Part shown: positions 14,159 to 29,008 of the stretch, one piece after another
Layout of the letters: each line of letters starts with the position of its first letter
Numbering within the stretch: position 1 is the stretch's first letter
DNA from: Eledone cirrhosa
Lineage: Eukaryota
DNA: 64,000 nucleotides
Direction of reading: 5' to 3'
Assembly: GCA_964016885.1 (NCBI GenBank)
Contig: CAXHJY010000940.1
Coordinates: 1-64,000, forward strand
Notes under the pieces: generated by a model
Database searches by the model: none
What the model was told of the DNA's origin: nothing
What the model saw: the letters and a program-made list of their open reading frames with translations, nothing else
Made by a program: the position numbers and the translations under genes

Positions 14159-14642
14159 GAGGTTATATTTAATTTTGTTGGGATTCAACAATCTTATATA
14201 TTTATCTACTTATCTATCTAGCTGTCTTTCACTGTCTCTGTCACTTTATTTATGTCTGAATGTTTGAGGCAGGATTAACCATTAAGCAAAATAAACACCA
14301 ATTTTATTTTAAAAAAACAATCTTTTATATAAGGAAGCACCATAATCTTGTAAATGCTTAGGGCCTCAAAAACACTTAATCCAGTCATGGTCTGAGGATA
14401 ATTTGTTCCCTTCCATCCACCAGTCATAGAGAGCCTAATAAGAGTAATGGGCTCTGTCCTTCATCATTTTTACAAATATTAAGCCATTACAAATATGAAA
14501 AAGAAATATTTAAAGTAATAAACTAAATCTTTTTATTACTATATCTCTAATGAAAGAGACATTGACTATGGGTTTGGAAAGGGATTTTCGAAAGGGATTT
14601 AATATAACTTTCTCATTATCAAATTTATGTTTGGGATATAAC

Positions 14643-15265
14643 TTAACTCTTTAGCATTTACATTACTCTATATGACACAGGATCATGGCCTCTGGCGTCA
14701 CGTAGTAATACAGAAGACCCGACTTTCCACGGGTACAAGCCGAAGTTGAAGCATATAGACAACATGCCCCCACCCCCTCCCACTGCAAAGTGATTGTGGA
14801 GGCGCCACGGGAAAAAAAGCACCCATCTGTAGAAATCAAGCCAGAATCAGTTCCCATATGAGCAAGACAAGGTCAGCCGACCGGGCATTGCCCACAACAG
14901 GACAACCTGTCTAACCCATTCTAGCATGGAAGAATGGACGTAAAATGGTGATGATAGTGATGATACTATTTACTCAGCTGAAAATGAGTACCAGTAATAG
15001 CTGTGATGGAATGGCGTCCTGTCCAGAGGGGAGTCTTGTACTCTCAGTCGCCTCACGCCATGAAACCAGGACAAGCCTAAATGAGCCTTCTGGCTTAAGG
15101 CAGACTTTAGACTTTAGATATTTACTATTATATGTTCATGGTAAAGGCTTTACCTCACATAATTATCTCATAATATTAAATGTATGAGATTTTGATGATA
15201 TTTATTTTGAGAACAATAAAGAGAATTCTGGCCAGATATGGCAGGTTTAAATGCTAATGGGTTAA
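14643..15265. mobile_element. piggyBac-like MITE with nested repeats
   Basis: TTAA-CTCTTTAGCATTTA ... TAAATGCTAATGGG-TTAA termini. Relatives at 26779-27245 and from 50283. Confidence 0.55.
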
Positions 15266-16394
15266 TAAAGATTTTTACATAAAATTATAACGGAAGGTTT
15301 TTAGATAAATATAAACACTTTAAAACAGGTTTGCATTGTAGAAGGGGATGGTATGTGGCAGTTTCATATTATAAGAGTTAAAGTGATACTTTTATAACTT
15401 AAAAGAAGGATGTGAATCATAATTCTTGTGACATATATAATTGAACTTAAGATAGAATGTATATATATAAAGCTAAACCACACATAACCCCCCCCCCCCT
15501 CACACACAGACACACATATCCACAAATATGCACATTACATTCAAACATGCACATATACACTTATATACATATACAGACACACACACACAGACATCCACAT
15601 GTGCACACACATATACACACATATATGCACATATACGTATACAGACACACACACACACAGACATGCACATATACATTTATATACCCATACATATACAGAT
15701 ACATGCAAATATGCACATACACTCATATACCCATGTATATATATACACACACATACACAAACATGTAGATATACTCATACATATACACACACAAACATGC
15801 ACATATACATACATATACACACACACAAACATGCATATATACACATACATGCACACACAAACGTACACATATACACACATATACACATACTTATACACAC
15901 ACAAACATGCATATATATGCATAGATGCACATATGCACATACTTATACACACACAAGCATGCATATATACACATACATGCACATACAAATGTGGACATAT
16001 ACACATACTTATACACACAGAAACCAGCATATATACTCATACATGCACACACAAATGTGGACATATACACATACTTATATACACACAGAAACATGCATAT
16101 ATACACATACATATACACACATACATATACACACGCACACATGTGCACATACAAGCATGTACATATACACATACACACACATAACCAGTGAGGCATGTAT
16201 GATCTATATAAGATATAACTATGTTCTAAATTATTGACTTGGGCTGCTTATAAATTTCCATCATATCACATTTATTAGGAAATAATTATAGATCAATAGA
16301 ATTAGGCTTTTAGTTTCAAACCTTTGTCTTTGTTAATAAATTTAATTTAAAACTGGAGCCTATCGGCTGCTTTATATACATAACACTAGTGGTA

Positions 16395-17022
16395 TATATA
16401 CACCAACATACACCAATATACACCAACATACACCAATATACACCAATATACACCAATATACACCAACATACATCAACATACACTGATATACACCAACATA
16501 CACCAATATACACCAACATACACCAATATACACCAATATACACCAACATACATCAACATACACTGATATACACCAACATACACCAATATACACCAACATA
16601 CACTGATATACAACAATATACACCAATATATACCAACATACATCAACATACACTGATATACACCAACATACACCAATATACACCAACATACACTGATATA
16701 CAACAATATACACCAATATATACCAACATACATCAACATACACTGATATACACCAACATACACCAATATACACCAACATACACTGATATACACCAATATA
16801 TACCAACATACATCAACATACACTGATATACACCAATATATACCAACATACACCAATATATACCAACATACACCAACATTCACCAATATACACCAATATA
16901 CACCAACATACACCAATATACACCAATATATACCAACATACATCAACATACACCGATATACACCAACATACACCAATATATACCAACATACACCAACATA
17001 CACCAATATACACCGATATACA
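16395..17022. repeat. 10-bp minisatellite TACACCAA(C/T)A
   Basis: Direct 10-bp periodicity. Confidence 0.95.
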
Positions 17023-17111
17023 CAGAGAGAGTAATGTATGTATGTATGTGCTTATGTATGTATGTATGTATATGTATGTATGTGTGTGTGTAAATCAATA
17101 TATCACACACC

Positions 17112-17160
<49 letters not shown>

Positions 17161-17559
17161 ATACAAGCATACACCAACACATAAACCTATATACAGACAT
17201 ATAAATTCATACATCTACACACACGAACACATAGACACACATATGCACACGCATACATACTCATACACACACAGAAAGAAAGGCCTTCACAAACACACAC
17301 ATATGATGAGGACGATGATGATGATGATGATGATGATGACGATGACGATGATGATGATGGTGTCGATCATGATGATGATGATGATGATGATATTGATGAT
17401 GATGATGATGCTGATAATGTTGATGATGATGCTGCTGCTGATGTCCATGACACCCTAATACAGCACCTCCACAAACAACAGCTGTAACATCACACCTTCA
17501 TAGTCAATTGACTACCTGCGTGCCATAGTTTGGCTTGATCAGAACTAACCTCAGGCTAT

Positions 17560-18237
17560 ACAACACCAACTACAACAACAACAACAACAGTCACCACCAG
17601 AACACCACCACAACATCACAACACCACAACAGCAACAATAACACCAACAGTAACAACAACCACCACAACCACAACAACAACAACAGCCACTACCACCACC
17701 ACCACCACAACCACCACAACCACCACCTCCACCACAACCACCACAACCACCACAACCACCATAACAACCACAACAACAACAACCACCACCACCACAACCA
17801 CAACCACAACCACCACCACCTCCACAACAACCACAACCACAACCACCACAACAACAATCACCACCATCACCACCACAACAGTAACAACCACCACCACCAC
17901 CACAACAACAACCACCACAATCACCACCATCACCACCACAACAGTAACAGTAACAACCACCACCACCACCACCACAACAGTAACAGTAACAACCACCACC
18001 ACCACAACAACAACAACAACCACCACCACCACAACAACAACAACCACCACAATCACCACCACGACAGCAACAGTAACAACCACCACTACAACCACCACCT
18101 CCATAACAACCACAACCACAACCACCATAACAACCACCACCATAACAACAACAACAACAGCAACATCCACCACCACCACCACCACCACAACAGCATCTAC
18201 CACCACCACCACCACAACAGCATCTACCACCACCACC

Positions 18238-18295
<58 letters not shown>

Positions 18296-19745
18296 GCAAC
18301 AACAACAACAACAACAACAACAACAACTACCACCACCACCACCACAACAACAACCACAACCACCACCTCCACCACAACCACCATAACAACCACAACAACA
18401 TCCATCACCACCACCACCACCACCACCACCACCACAACAACAACAACAACAACCACCACCACCACCACCACCACCATCATCACCACCACCCTGAGCACCT
18501 TTTTGATCTCCATGTGTCTAACACACGTGGACATGCCTACAAAGTCAGAAAACAGCAGAGCTCCCATGACTTTCGTAAACATTTTTTCACACTCAGAGTT
18601 GCTGAAGCATGGAACAAACTGCCTGCGTCAGTTGTTAGCTGCTGAGACACTGCATCCTTTAAAACCCTCATGCTTCCCGAAATTCGCCAAAACTACACCT
18701 GATGTCCCCCTTCCATACACATGCACACATGTGTATATCATGACTCATGCACTGTTCATTTTCCTGACGTTTGTACATTACCCTATGTACTATACATACA
18801 CTTTTGATGAGTTGTAGTGCACCTGAGCACTGTACACAATATTTTCATTATTATCATTATTTTAACAACCACAACAACATCCACCACCACCACCATAACA
18901 ACCACAACAACATCCACCACCACCACCACCACCACAATAACAAACATCACCACCACCATAACAACCACAACAACATCCACCACCACCACCACCACCACAA
19001 CAATAACCATCACCACCACCATAACAACCACAACCACCACCACCACCACAACAACAATAACAACCATCACCACCACCACCACAACAATAACAACCATCAC
19101 CACCACCATAACAACCACAACAACATCCACCACCACCACCACCACAACAATAACCATCACCACCACCATAACAACCACAACAACATCCACCACCACCACC
19201 ACCACCACCACCACAACAACAATAACAACCATCACCACCACCATAACAACCACAACAACATCCATCACCACCACAATAACAACAACAAAAACAACATCCA
19301 CCACCACCACCACAACAACAACAAACACAACAACATCCACCACCACCACCACCACCACAAGAACAAGAACAACCACCACCTCCACCACAACCACCATAAC
19401 AACATCCACCACCACAAGAACAAGAACAACCACAACAACATCCACCACCACCACCACCACAACAACAACATCCACCACCACCACAACAACAACAACAAAC
19501 ACAACATCCACAACCACCACCACCACCACCACCACCTCAAGAACAAGAACAACCACAACAACATCCACCACCACCACCACAACCACAACATCCACCACCA
19601 CCACCACCACCACAACAACAACATCCACCACAACAACAAACACAACAACATCCACAACCACCACCACCACCACCACCAGAACAACAACCACAACAACATC
19701 CACCATCACAACAACAACAACAACAACAACAACATCCACCAACAT
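17560..19745. repeat. (CAA)n/(CAC)n trinucleotide field interrupted by a CR1 fragment
   Basis: Mixed CAA/CAC runs at 17560-18490 and 18864-19745. Confidence 0.9.
18490..18860 (+). mobile_element. CR1-clade LINE 3' end
   Basis: Encodes NTRGHAYKVRKQ..FRKHFFTLRVAEAWNKLPASVVS, then a 3' UTR ending GAGTTGTAGTGCACCTGAGCACTGTACACAA-(ATT)n. Confidence 0.85.
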
Positions 19746-20029
19746 CTAAATTCTATTTCTGGTGTTCATAAGATGACACCTCATCAGACTCCATCACAAT
19801 TGCTATTCTTAAAGACTACATTAGGAATCTTATGCCAACCACATTTACCACCTGCTCACTTTATAACACTACCGCATCAAAAGGTTTTTTTCAAGATCAC
19901 TCGAAATAGCAGCCCAACCCCTTTAGGTCACACCCTATCATCATCATCACTGTCATCACTATCATCATCTTCGCCATCATACTCCACCTCCACCTCCTCA
20001 TCATCATCATTTTACATACTGGTATATAT

Positions 20030-20954
20030 GCCGAGGTATATCTAGGGTATGGCAAGCATGGCATATGCCGAGGTATATCTAGGGTATGGCAAGCATGGCA
20101 TGTGCCGAGGTATATCTAGGGTATGGCAAGCATGGCATGTGCCGAGGTATATCTAGGGTATGGCAAGCATGGCATGTGCCGAGGTATATCTAGGGTATGG
20201 CAAGCATGGCATGTGCCGAGGTATATCTAGGGTATGGCAAGCATGGCATATGCTGAGGTATATCTAGGGTATGGCAAGCATGGCATATGCTGAGGTATAT
20301 CTAGGGTATGGCAAGCATGGCATGTGCCGAGGTATATCTAGGGTATGGCAAGCATGGCATGTGCCGAGGTATATCTAGGGTATGGCAAGCATGGCATGTG
20401 CCGAGGTATATCTAGGGTATGGCAAGCATGGCATGTGCCGAGGTATATCTAGGGTATGGCAAGCATGGCATGTGCCGAGGTATATCTAGGGTATGGCAAG
20501 CATGGCATGTGCCGAGGTATATCTAGGGTATGGCAAGCATGGCATGTGCCGAGGTATATCTAGGGTATGGCAAGCATGGCATATGCTGAGGTATATCTAG
20601 GGTATGGCAAGCATGGCATATGCTGAGGTATATCTAGGGTATGGCAAGCATGGCATGTGCCGAGGTATATCTAGGGTATGGCAAGCATGGCATGTGCCAA
20701 GGTATATCTAGGGTATGGCAAGCATGGCATGTGCCGAGGTATATCTAGGGTATGGCAAGCATGGCATGTGCCGAGGTATATCTAGGGTATGGCAAGCATG
20801 GCATGTGCCGAGGTATATCTAGGGTATGGCAAGCATGGCATGTGCCGAGGTATATCTAGGGTATGGCAAGCATGGCATGTGCCGAGGTATATCTAGGGTA
20901 TGGCAAGCATGGCATGTGCTGAGGTATATCTAGGGTATGGCAAGCGTGGCATGT
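20030..20954. repeat. 37-bp minisatellite, about 25 copies
   Basis: Unit GCCGAGGTATATCTAGGGTATGGCAAGCATGGCATGT, head-to-tail with no spacers. Confidence 0.95.
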
Positions 20955-21550
20955 CCCCCCCCCCCCACACACACACTTGAAAGGGGGCACTACCTGGATA
21001 GGAACTCTTTCTATTAAAGTCAGATAAGCTATTGTCAGAGAGTGATGAAAGAAACTCCTTCAGTTGTATGATCTGTCTTTGCTTATCATGGGTGAGAAAC
21101 ACTATTGTGGCTGGATCATTAAACCATTTATATCTAGGGTATGGCAAGCGTGGCATGTCCCCCCCCCCCCCCCCCCACACACACACTTGAAAGGGGGCAC
21201 TACCTGGATAGGAACTCTTTCTATTAAAGTCAGATAAGCTATTGTCAGAGAGTGATGAAAGAAACTCCTTCAGTTGTATGATCTGTCTTTGCTTATCATG
21301 GGTGAGAAACACTATTGTGGCTGGATCATTAAACCATTTATATAAATTATTAGGCCAATACTTTACGTATACTTAAGTGTAAAGTATACCTGTAGAACAA
21401 ATGAAAATACAGTTTAATACCCTAAACACTCATTTATTTAAACTGCGCTGCCAATCCCATTGTCTAACAACTACTATATAGCTTGCTACATAGGCAGGGG
21501 TGCAATTTCAATGTTTGCCATAGGCACTATTTTCCCTTGTTACACCTCTG
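20921..21550. mobile_element. Probable non-autonomous DNA element with an internal ~204-bp tandem duplication
   Basis: Imperfect inverted termini GAGGTATATCTAGGG / CCCTTGTTACACCTC; 20925-21128 is repeated at 21129-21343. Confidence 0.5.
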
Positions 21551-22436
21551 AGTATATGTTTGCTGGGCTCTCATGCAAGACTATACAAACTGGAAGGACC
21601 TCATCTTGCTTATAGGTTCCAATGTTTGGTGTGGTTAATCTTCCCAACGCCAACACCTTACAGAGTGTAATGGGTACATTTTATGATGGTACCATCACTA
21701 CCAATGAAAGCTATGTGGTTATGTTAATGTTTGTTATGTTTTTCATAATTTTTAGCAGAGTTTTTCTTGATGGATGCCTTTCTTAATACCAGCCACTTTA
21801 TAGCATGGAGTAGTTGCATTTTATTGTGCCACCAGCACTAGAGAGGTTTCCTGTATCAGTGATTGTTCTCCTAGACAGGTTGCCTTTGCTATGACTTACA
21901 AAGCTCACATCTAGCCCATGCAGTCTTATTTATTCAGAGTGAATACCTTCCTAGGTAGGCAACCTTCCCCAAAATTTATGGAGTCTACATTTACTAATTT
22001 ACACATAACATACTTGCTATAAATTTCACAAATCACAGATTTCATAGCGAGGACAATGAAACTGTTGTTCCAGACCATTTTCAAGGACATTTTTAAGTAG
22101 AAACAGTAATCAAAACCAGCTTGTAGACTTAGAATATCAAGAACTTCTCTCCTGTTCTACATTTAGTATTTGCAAAAGTATTCAGTAAACACAAAGACAG
22201 ACAGACACACACATATATATAATGGTAGAGTTTTGGACAAAATGTTTCGCAGTATTTCTTCTGGCTATCTGCACTCTGAGTTCAAATCTCATCTACATAC
22301 ATACATCATTATCATCATCACCATCATCATTTAACATCCTCATCCCCGTTTCATGCTGGCATGGGTTGTATGAGTTGTTACAGTCTGAATTAGTTATTAA
22401 GTGGAGTTACTGCTCTCCTAAACAGATCAGTAGACC

Positions 22437-22570
22437 CAGTGCTGGATTTAGGGCCCATTACTTGGGCCCTGAAGGAGATAAACATTTTTTTGGCAGGAAG
22501 ATGAGCCCCCTCCAAACTAATGGGGCCCTGTGCTTAAGCACAGCTAAGTACAATGGTAAATCTGGCACTG
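22437..22570. mobile_element. hAT-like MITE
   Basis: TIRs CAGTGCTGGATTTA/TAAATCTGGCACTG; flanks AGTAGACC/GGTAAACC resemble an 8-bp TSD. A relative lies at about 41997-42165. Confidence 0.65.
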
Positions 22571-22670
22571 GGTAAACCATATTATTATTCTATGTACTAT
22601 ACATGCACCTTTGATGAGTTGTAGTGCACCTGAGCACTGTACACAATAATTTCATTATTATTATTATTAA

Positions 22671-22848
22671 TTTGGCAGTATCGGTAGAAGGTCGGACGCC
22701 ATTCTTTCCACCATAGTTACGTCCCTTTACGATCTGAGTTCAAATCCCGTCGAGGTTAACTTTGCCTTTCATCCTTACGGGGTCGATAAAATAAAGTACC
22801 AGTAGTGCACTGGGTAATTGCTGGCCTTGTGCCAAACGTAGAAACAAT
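22671..22848 (+). mobile_element. SINE family A
   Basis: A box TGGCAGTATCGG, B box GAGTTCAAATCC, core CTTTGCCTTTCATCCTTACGGGGTCGATAAAATAAAGTACCAG (Meta-domain-like), (ATT)n tail. Confidence 0.85.
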
Positions 22849-23289
22849 TATTATTATTATTATTATATATCTGGTAACTTCACTTATAACAGCCTATAAA
22901 TATATTCTTTTATTCCTTTACTGGTTTTCAGTCATCAGTCAGTGGCCATGCTGGGGCATGACCATGAGATATTCATTTAAAAAGATATATATATATATAT
23001 ATATTAATTCTAGAAGATGTAGTGGATAAGAAATTAATTTCCACCCCCATAGCATTGTTCCATAAGTCATGAGTTTAGAACTTGCCATGATATAGGTGTA
23101 TTGTAATAGGAAGGGATGTCCATTTGTAACCTTTGTAAATAAATAACTCGGATGTTGCAAAGTAAGAATTTTATTTAGCTTTTTAGTTTTAGTCAAGGTT
23201 ACAAGGAAGTGCTCATAACCCATTTTAGGGCTTCTGAGAGTGGGCGATATGGAGAGAAGTATCCTCAAATTGGGGGCCAAGTCTGAATG

Positions 23290-23850
23290 CTTGTAACAAA
23301 CTAGAATTTGCCCAAGAGATGTGTGGTGATCCTTGTAACAGATTAGACTCTGCTAAAGACACCCAAGATATGTGTGGTGGTGTTAAACTGAGTAACAAAT
23401 TTAAGCTACCACCAAAATAAATAGAAAAAAAGAGATGTGCAATGGTCCTTGTAAAAGACTAGACTCTCCTAAAGGCACCCAAGAGACGTGCGGTGGTCCT
23501 TATAACAGATTAGACTCTGCAAAAGATACCCAAGAGACGTGCGGTGGTCCTTATAACAGATTAGACTGCAAAAGACATCCAAGAGATGTGCAATGGTCCT
23601 TGTAACAGACTAGACTCTGCTAAAGACACCCAAGAGACATGTGGCGGTCCTTGTAACAAACTAGACTCTGCTAAAGACACCCAAGACATGTGTGTTGGTC
23701 CTTGTAACAGACTAGACTCTGCTAAAGTTACCCAAGAGATGTGTGCTGATCCTTGTAAAAGACTAGACTCTGCTAAAGATACCCAAGAGATGTGTAATGA
23801 TCCTTGTAACAGATTAGACTCTGCTAAAGACACCTAAGAGATGTGTGGTG
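23290..23850. repeat. 51-bp minisatellite
   Basis: CAAGAGATGTG..GGTCCTTGTAACAGACTAGACTCTGCTAAAGACACC units (23580 to 23631), about 9-10 copies. Confidence 0.9.
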
Positions 23851-24481
23851 GTGTTAAACTGAGTAACAAATTTAAGCTACCACCAAAATAAAGAGAAAAA
23901 AGAATCAGGCGATGCTCCTAGGGGGTGCTAGGCTGTTTCAGTACCTCAGCCTCGCTATCACCTGCAGTAATGCCTATTGTAGTATGTAATTGACAGAATA
24001 TAAATGTTTTTTTATGTTCCTTTTTATTTGTTGTGTTGATTGTTATTCAAATAAACTAATAAAACAATGAAACAAAGAACATCTCTCTCTCTCTTTTTCA
24101 CACACACACATACACAGACACACATACACACACTCACATACACACAATGCAGTTATAGTTTTCTTAACTCAGAATAATGAACTGATTGTGATTTTATTGT
24201 CTTTTATTTGTTTTATCTAAGATATTGAATAAAACATGTCATTTTTTTCTCACATACAAATCCCATAAAATAATAAATTCCCCTAATAACAAAGCCACAG
24301 AACAAATAAAAAACCACAATATATATACAAGTAAAATGTGCAATTCAGTGTCATGTATTGAAGGATTGTTAGGATAACCACAGTTTAATGTCTACTAAAG
24401 GTATTTATTCTGACTCACTGCGCTCAACTTTTGCTTTTCATCTTTTCAAGGTTGATAACGAAAGTACCCGTCTAGTACTGG

Positions 24482-25478
24482 CAGTGCGGGACTTACCTAT
24501 AAGTTAAATAAGCTACAGCTTTGCTACCCACTCTTGGGGAAGGGTCCTCATTTTTAATACTATATTTTTATTTTATCAATAGTTTTTCTTATTTAACCCT
24601 AAATCAACAAAATTATATATATCAACTAGAAATTGATTGACATATATATATATATATATATTTAAAATAAACACAGAGGATAATTTGTAAAGTGTGTAAT
24701 CACATATAGTTATGTAGGTAACTAATTAAAGTTTAACTAGAGCTTCAAATATTACCTTTTTAAAAAATGATTAATCCTCCTTGTATATATTTCATTAAAG
24801 AAATATATTTCACCATTAATCAGTAAAGTCACAGTAGTCAAATCTTGGATCTTCAACAAAGGGGGAAGATTTAACGATTTGTGCTTACACATCTAATGCA
24901 AATCTGCGAGTGAGCCATCGCACGTGTTGCATTTCTAAAACTACTAACAACATGCTCGCGTCACCACATTGGCGTGAATAGGGTGATCGACAGCTATAAA
25001 TAGCAGCCGGATCCTTTCAACTGAATGAGCTCTACAATTAAGGAGCCATTTATATATCTAAATTATATATATATTTAAGTTAACGAGGCATCGTTTAAGG
25101 CAATCCAAGTAGAGGTTATGAGTACTCTGTATTGAGGATAGTTTTAACGTTCAGCGTTCGGGTGGCCGAGTCAAGACAGTTCCTAGGTAAGCGGTTCTTG
25201 GAGTAATAATAGTAAATGAGTGAAGAATAACATGGATTGACTGTACAATAGGGTTTATTCAAAGTATTAACAATTGTTTCATTTGTCCGGTGTGTCTAAA
25301 AACCGCTATATAGATATATATATATATTTATATATAAAATTTAATTTTGTAATCATAAATAATAATCATGTATAATTATTTAATTATTTAAAATTCTTTT
25401 ACTCAGATTTTTTTTTTTTAGAGAAGGGCCTCAAATTTCATATAGCTTAGGGCCTAAGCAGGAGAAAGTCCAGCCCTG
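24482..25478. mobile_element. hAT-like non-autonomous element with perfect 8-bp TSD and a nested insert
   Basis: TIRs CAGTGCGGGACTT/AAGTCCAGCCCTG; AGTACTGG at 24474-24481 and 25479-25486. Inserted into a SINE A remnant. Confidence 0.8.
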
Positions 25479-26958
25479 AGTACTGGAGTAGTTTCTTCCT
25501 CTATCTCTATCACTTTCTCTGGAAGAAATTTGCTGTGTCCCAACATGGAGAGGGATGGATTTTTGTCAGGTTTAAAATGCCCAAGACAGGACAGTGTCCC
25601 TATGATTCCATCAGGAGTTAAGCACCCTTTACCATTTTTTTTTAGTGTCCACTGAATTTGTTTTTCATAACTTTCTTAATAATGAATATTTTTTAAATGT
25701 AATTTTGTAGAGATATATTTTCTAATTTGTAGATTACAAATGTCTTGAGATTTTAAAAATATGAAAATTTTTGACAGAGTTGGAAGGCCTAAACTGCAGT
25801 TTATTATGATTACTGGGAAATGAAAAAAGGGACATAATACTTTCATTATTGAGTTGTTCTGCTTACTAATGCTTTTATTACTGGATACATTTGATCTGTT
25901 TTTAGTAGAATAAACTCAGAAATTTGTTCATCTTCATCATACTTTCCAGTATCACATTGATTTTTGTTCTGAATCGACAAGATTCCAGACCTCATTTGCT
26001 TACTGAGTGGGTTGAAACTTGTCAGATCAAACCAAGGAAACAATGTTTCCATTGGTCTGTCCAATTACCGATACTATCTACCAGTCACAACTCCTGGCAG
26101 AAGGAGCAATGTGAAATAAAGTGTCTTTCTCAAGGACATGAAGCATTGACTGGTCTGGGAATCAAACTCACAACCCCACAATTGTGAATCCAACTCGCTA
26201 ACCACTAAGCCATGCACCTTCTCATGTTGATAATGAATAATATCATAAATATGTTCTACTGGAATGTAATGACATTATTGCAACTATGAAATGCAAAGAA
26301 GAAAAATTAACATAATCTTTACCTAAACCTTTGAAACTGCATTATTAAGAAAGTTATGAGGGAAAAAAGTTAGGGCTGGGTGCAATAAAGTGAAGATATA
26401 TCTGGTATTCTGTAGCAGCTAAAATAATTTAAAAAAAGGAGGATCTACAAAACATTTGTAGTATAAATTTTAGCATTCTGGATGCTGTGGCAAAAGTGAG
26501 GGTTGCTTCATTTGTAGCCGAATGGAATAACATTCTAAAACACTAGGAATTATCGGTAAACCAATCATTTTTTAAAAAGCCTGTGCTGTTCAAGACGTTT
26601 GGGGATCTGGGGCGCTCAAAATGAAGTTCTTGTCATTGTTGGTGGCCTGCCTTTCTGTTGTATCAGATGTCTGCAAGAGTGCTTGGATATTTTCAGCTTC
26701 TTACTTGAAAAATTATTAGAGGAAAACCTCAGCAGCCTTTGTTGTGACATGTGATTGGGTGTAAATATTTTCTGCCACTTAACCCTTTAACATTACTCTA
26801 AATTTACTATTATATTTTTGTGGTAAAGGCTTTACCTCACATAATGATCTTACTTAATATCGAATCTATGAGATTTTGATATTATTTATTCTGAAAACAA
26901 TACCTTAACATAAATATGAGCATTTGAGCGGCCAGTTACAGCTGGTTTGGACAGACGC

Positions 26959-27190
26959 TCAGAGTTGCTGAAGCATGGAACAAACTACCTCCATCAGTTA
27001 TTAGCTGCCAAGACACTGCACTCTTTAAAACCTCCATGCTTTCTGAAATTCGTCAACACTACACCTGATACCCCCCCCCCCCCCTTCATACACATGCACA
27101 CATATATATCATGACTCATACACTGTTCACTTTCCTGACGAGTTGTAGTGCACCTGAGCACTCACTGTACACAATAATTTCATTATTATT
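26959..27190 (+). mobile_element. CR1 3' end nested in a piggyBac-like MITE
   Basis: Same sequence as 18593-18850, with a deletion. Confidence 0.8.
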
Positions 27191-27640
27191 AAAGAGGCGA
27201 GCGAATTTTGGCCGGCTACTGCCGGTTTAAATGATAAAGAGTTAAACATTTCTTTCTATTTTTTCTCTTTTTTTTTTATGTAAATTGTTTAATGACTATA
27301 AATAATTAAAAAATAAACGATCAAGATTTCCCATATCAAAATAAATGCAGTATATTTAACACACATACTGTATATACATTGTATATATACTGTATAATAT
27401 ATAGTATTTTATAAATAGTACAGAAAATCTGAACTAGATTATAAATAATAACTGTTGACGAAGTATATCAGTAACAGTATCAACTGAATGTAGGCAGGAG
27501 AACACAGAGGTTCTGTTGCAAAATTTCTGCTTCAAAATTTTATAAAATTAAATAAATTTTGATGTTTTGGGTAGAGAATTTACATGAAGAAATGGTGAAG
27601 GTAGCAGTGGGATACACACACATACAAACACATGTGTGCG

Positions 27641-27716
<76 letters not shown>

Positions 27717-28083
27717 ACCCACACACACTTCATTTACAGACCTTCTAACACATATCTCTTATCTTCTCTGAAGAAGGTTCCTTTTTCAAAATGTCAGAAC
27801 ACACCTCTCTCTCTCTCTCCCTCCACAACGCACAAATTTGTCTTATTTTAGTAATGTTATTAACCGAGTGTATATATTTATGTGTGCGTGTGTATGTATG
27901 TATGGATGTGCATGTATACACACATACATACATATATATATATATATACACACACAGACACATATATATACAAACACATATATACACACACATATATGTA
28001 TACACACACATATACATACATATATATATATATACACACATCGTCAGCATTAACGTCCATTTTATGGGGATGATGTGTGTGTG

Positions 28084-28121
<38 letters not shown>

Positions 28122-28893
28122 ATGTGTGTATATATGTGTGTGTATATTTATATTTATATATATTTATGTGGGTATACAAATGCACATACAAATGCATACA
28201 CACACACACACATATATATATATACATACATACACTTACACATACATGTATATATATACACACACACACACATATATATATTTCTATATATTCCTTCATA
28301 TATATATTTTTCCTGACAAAGACTGTCACTAGTTTCCTTATTTTCTAGTTATTATTTTTTCTAAAAATTCTCCCAAATAATTTAACCTATGCCAGCTAAA
28401 ATAATGTAGGAAGTGTAATGAAAGACAAACAACATTTAAAGAAAGTTCATCTTTTACTTGCTTTTTATGAAGGCTGCGACCTTTCATATAGAATATTGAA
28501 ATAATTGTAATAAATTTAGTTTAAAAACACACATACACACACACATATATATGTTTGTGTGTATATATTATAGAATATTGAAATAATTGTAATAAATTTA
28601 GTTTAAAATATACACATACACACACACACACACATATATATATGTGTTTGTGTGTATATATATATGTGTATGTATACTGTTGCTCTGAACTAAGTCCCAT
28701 TGAACTTTTTTTTATTGAGAAACATGATCGTTACATATTTAATATATACACACACACATATATGTATGTATGTGTGTATGTATGTATGTATGTATGTATG
28801 TATGTATGTATGTATGTATGTATGTATGTATGTATGTATGTATGTATGTATGTGTGTGTGTGTGTATACATACATATATATATAAACCAAAAT

Positions 28894-29008
28894 AATAATA
28901 AATGGAAACTATATTTATAAAACCATATTTATTTTATTATATATATTTCATTGAAATATATATAATAAAATAAATATGGTTTTATAAATATAGTTTCCAT
29001 TTATTATT
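28894..29008. repeat. 115-bp AT-rich palindrome
   Basis: 57-bp inverted arms centred on T28951; one arm recurs at about 29265-29318. Confidence 0.85.

Noticed and set aside
20030-20954. 37-bp repeats as a CRISPR array
   Set aside because: Units are head-to-tail with no unique spacers, there are no cas genes, and the context is eukaryotic.
23586-23837. 17-aa Cys-containing repeat protein
   Set aside because: By-product of a 51-bp minisatellite; neighbouring units have indels and stops, and there is no splice context.
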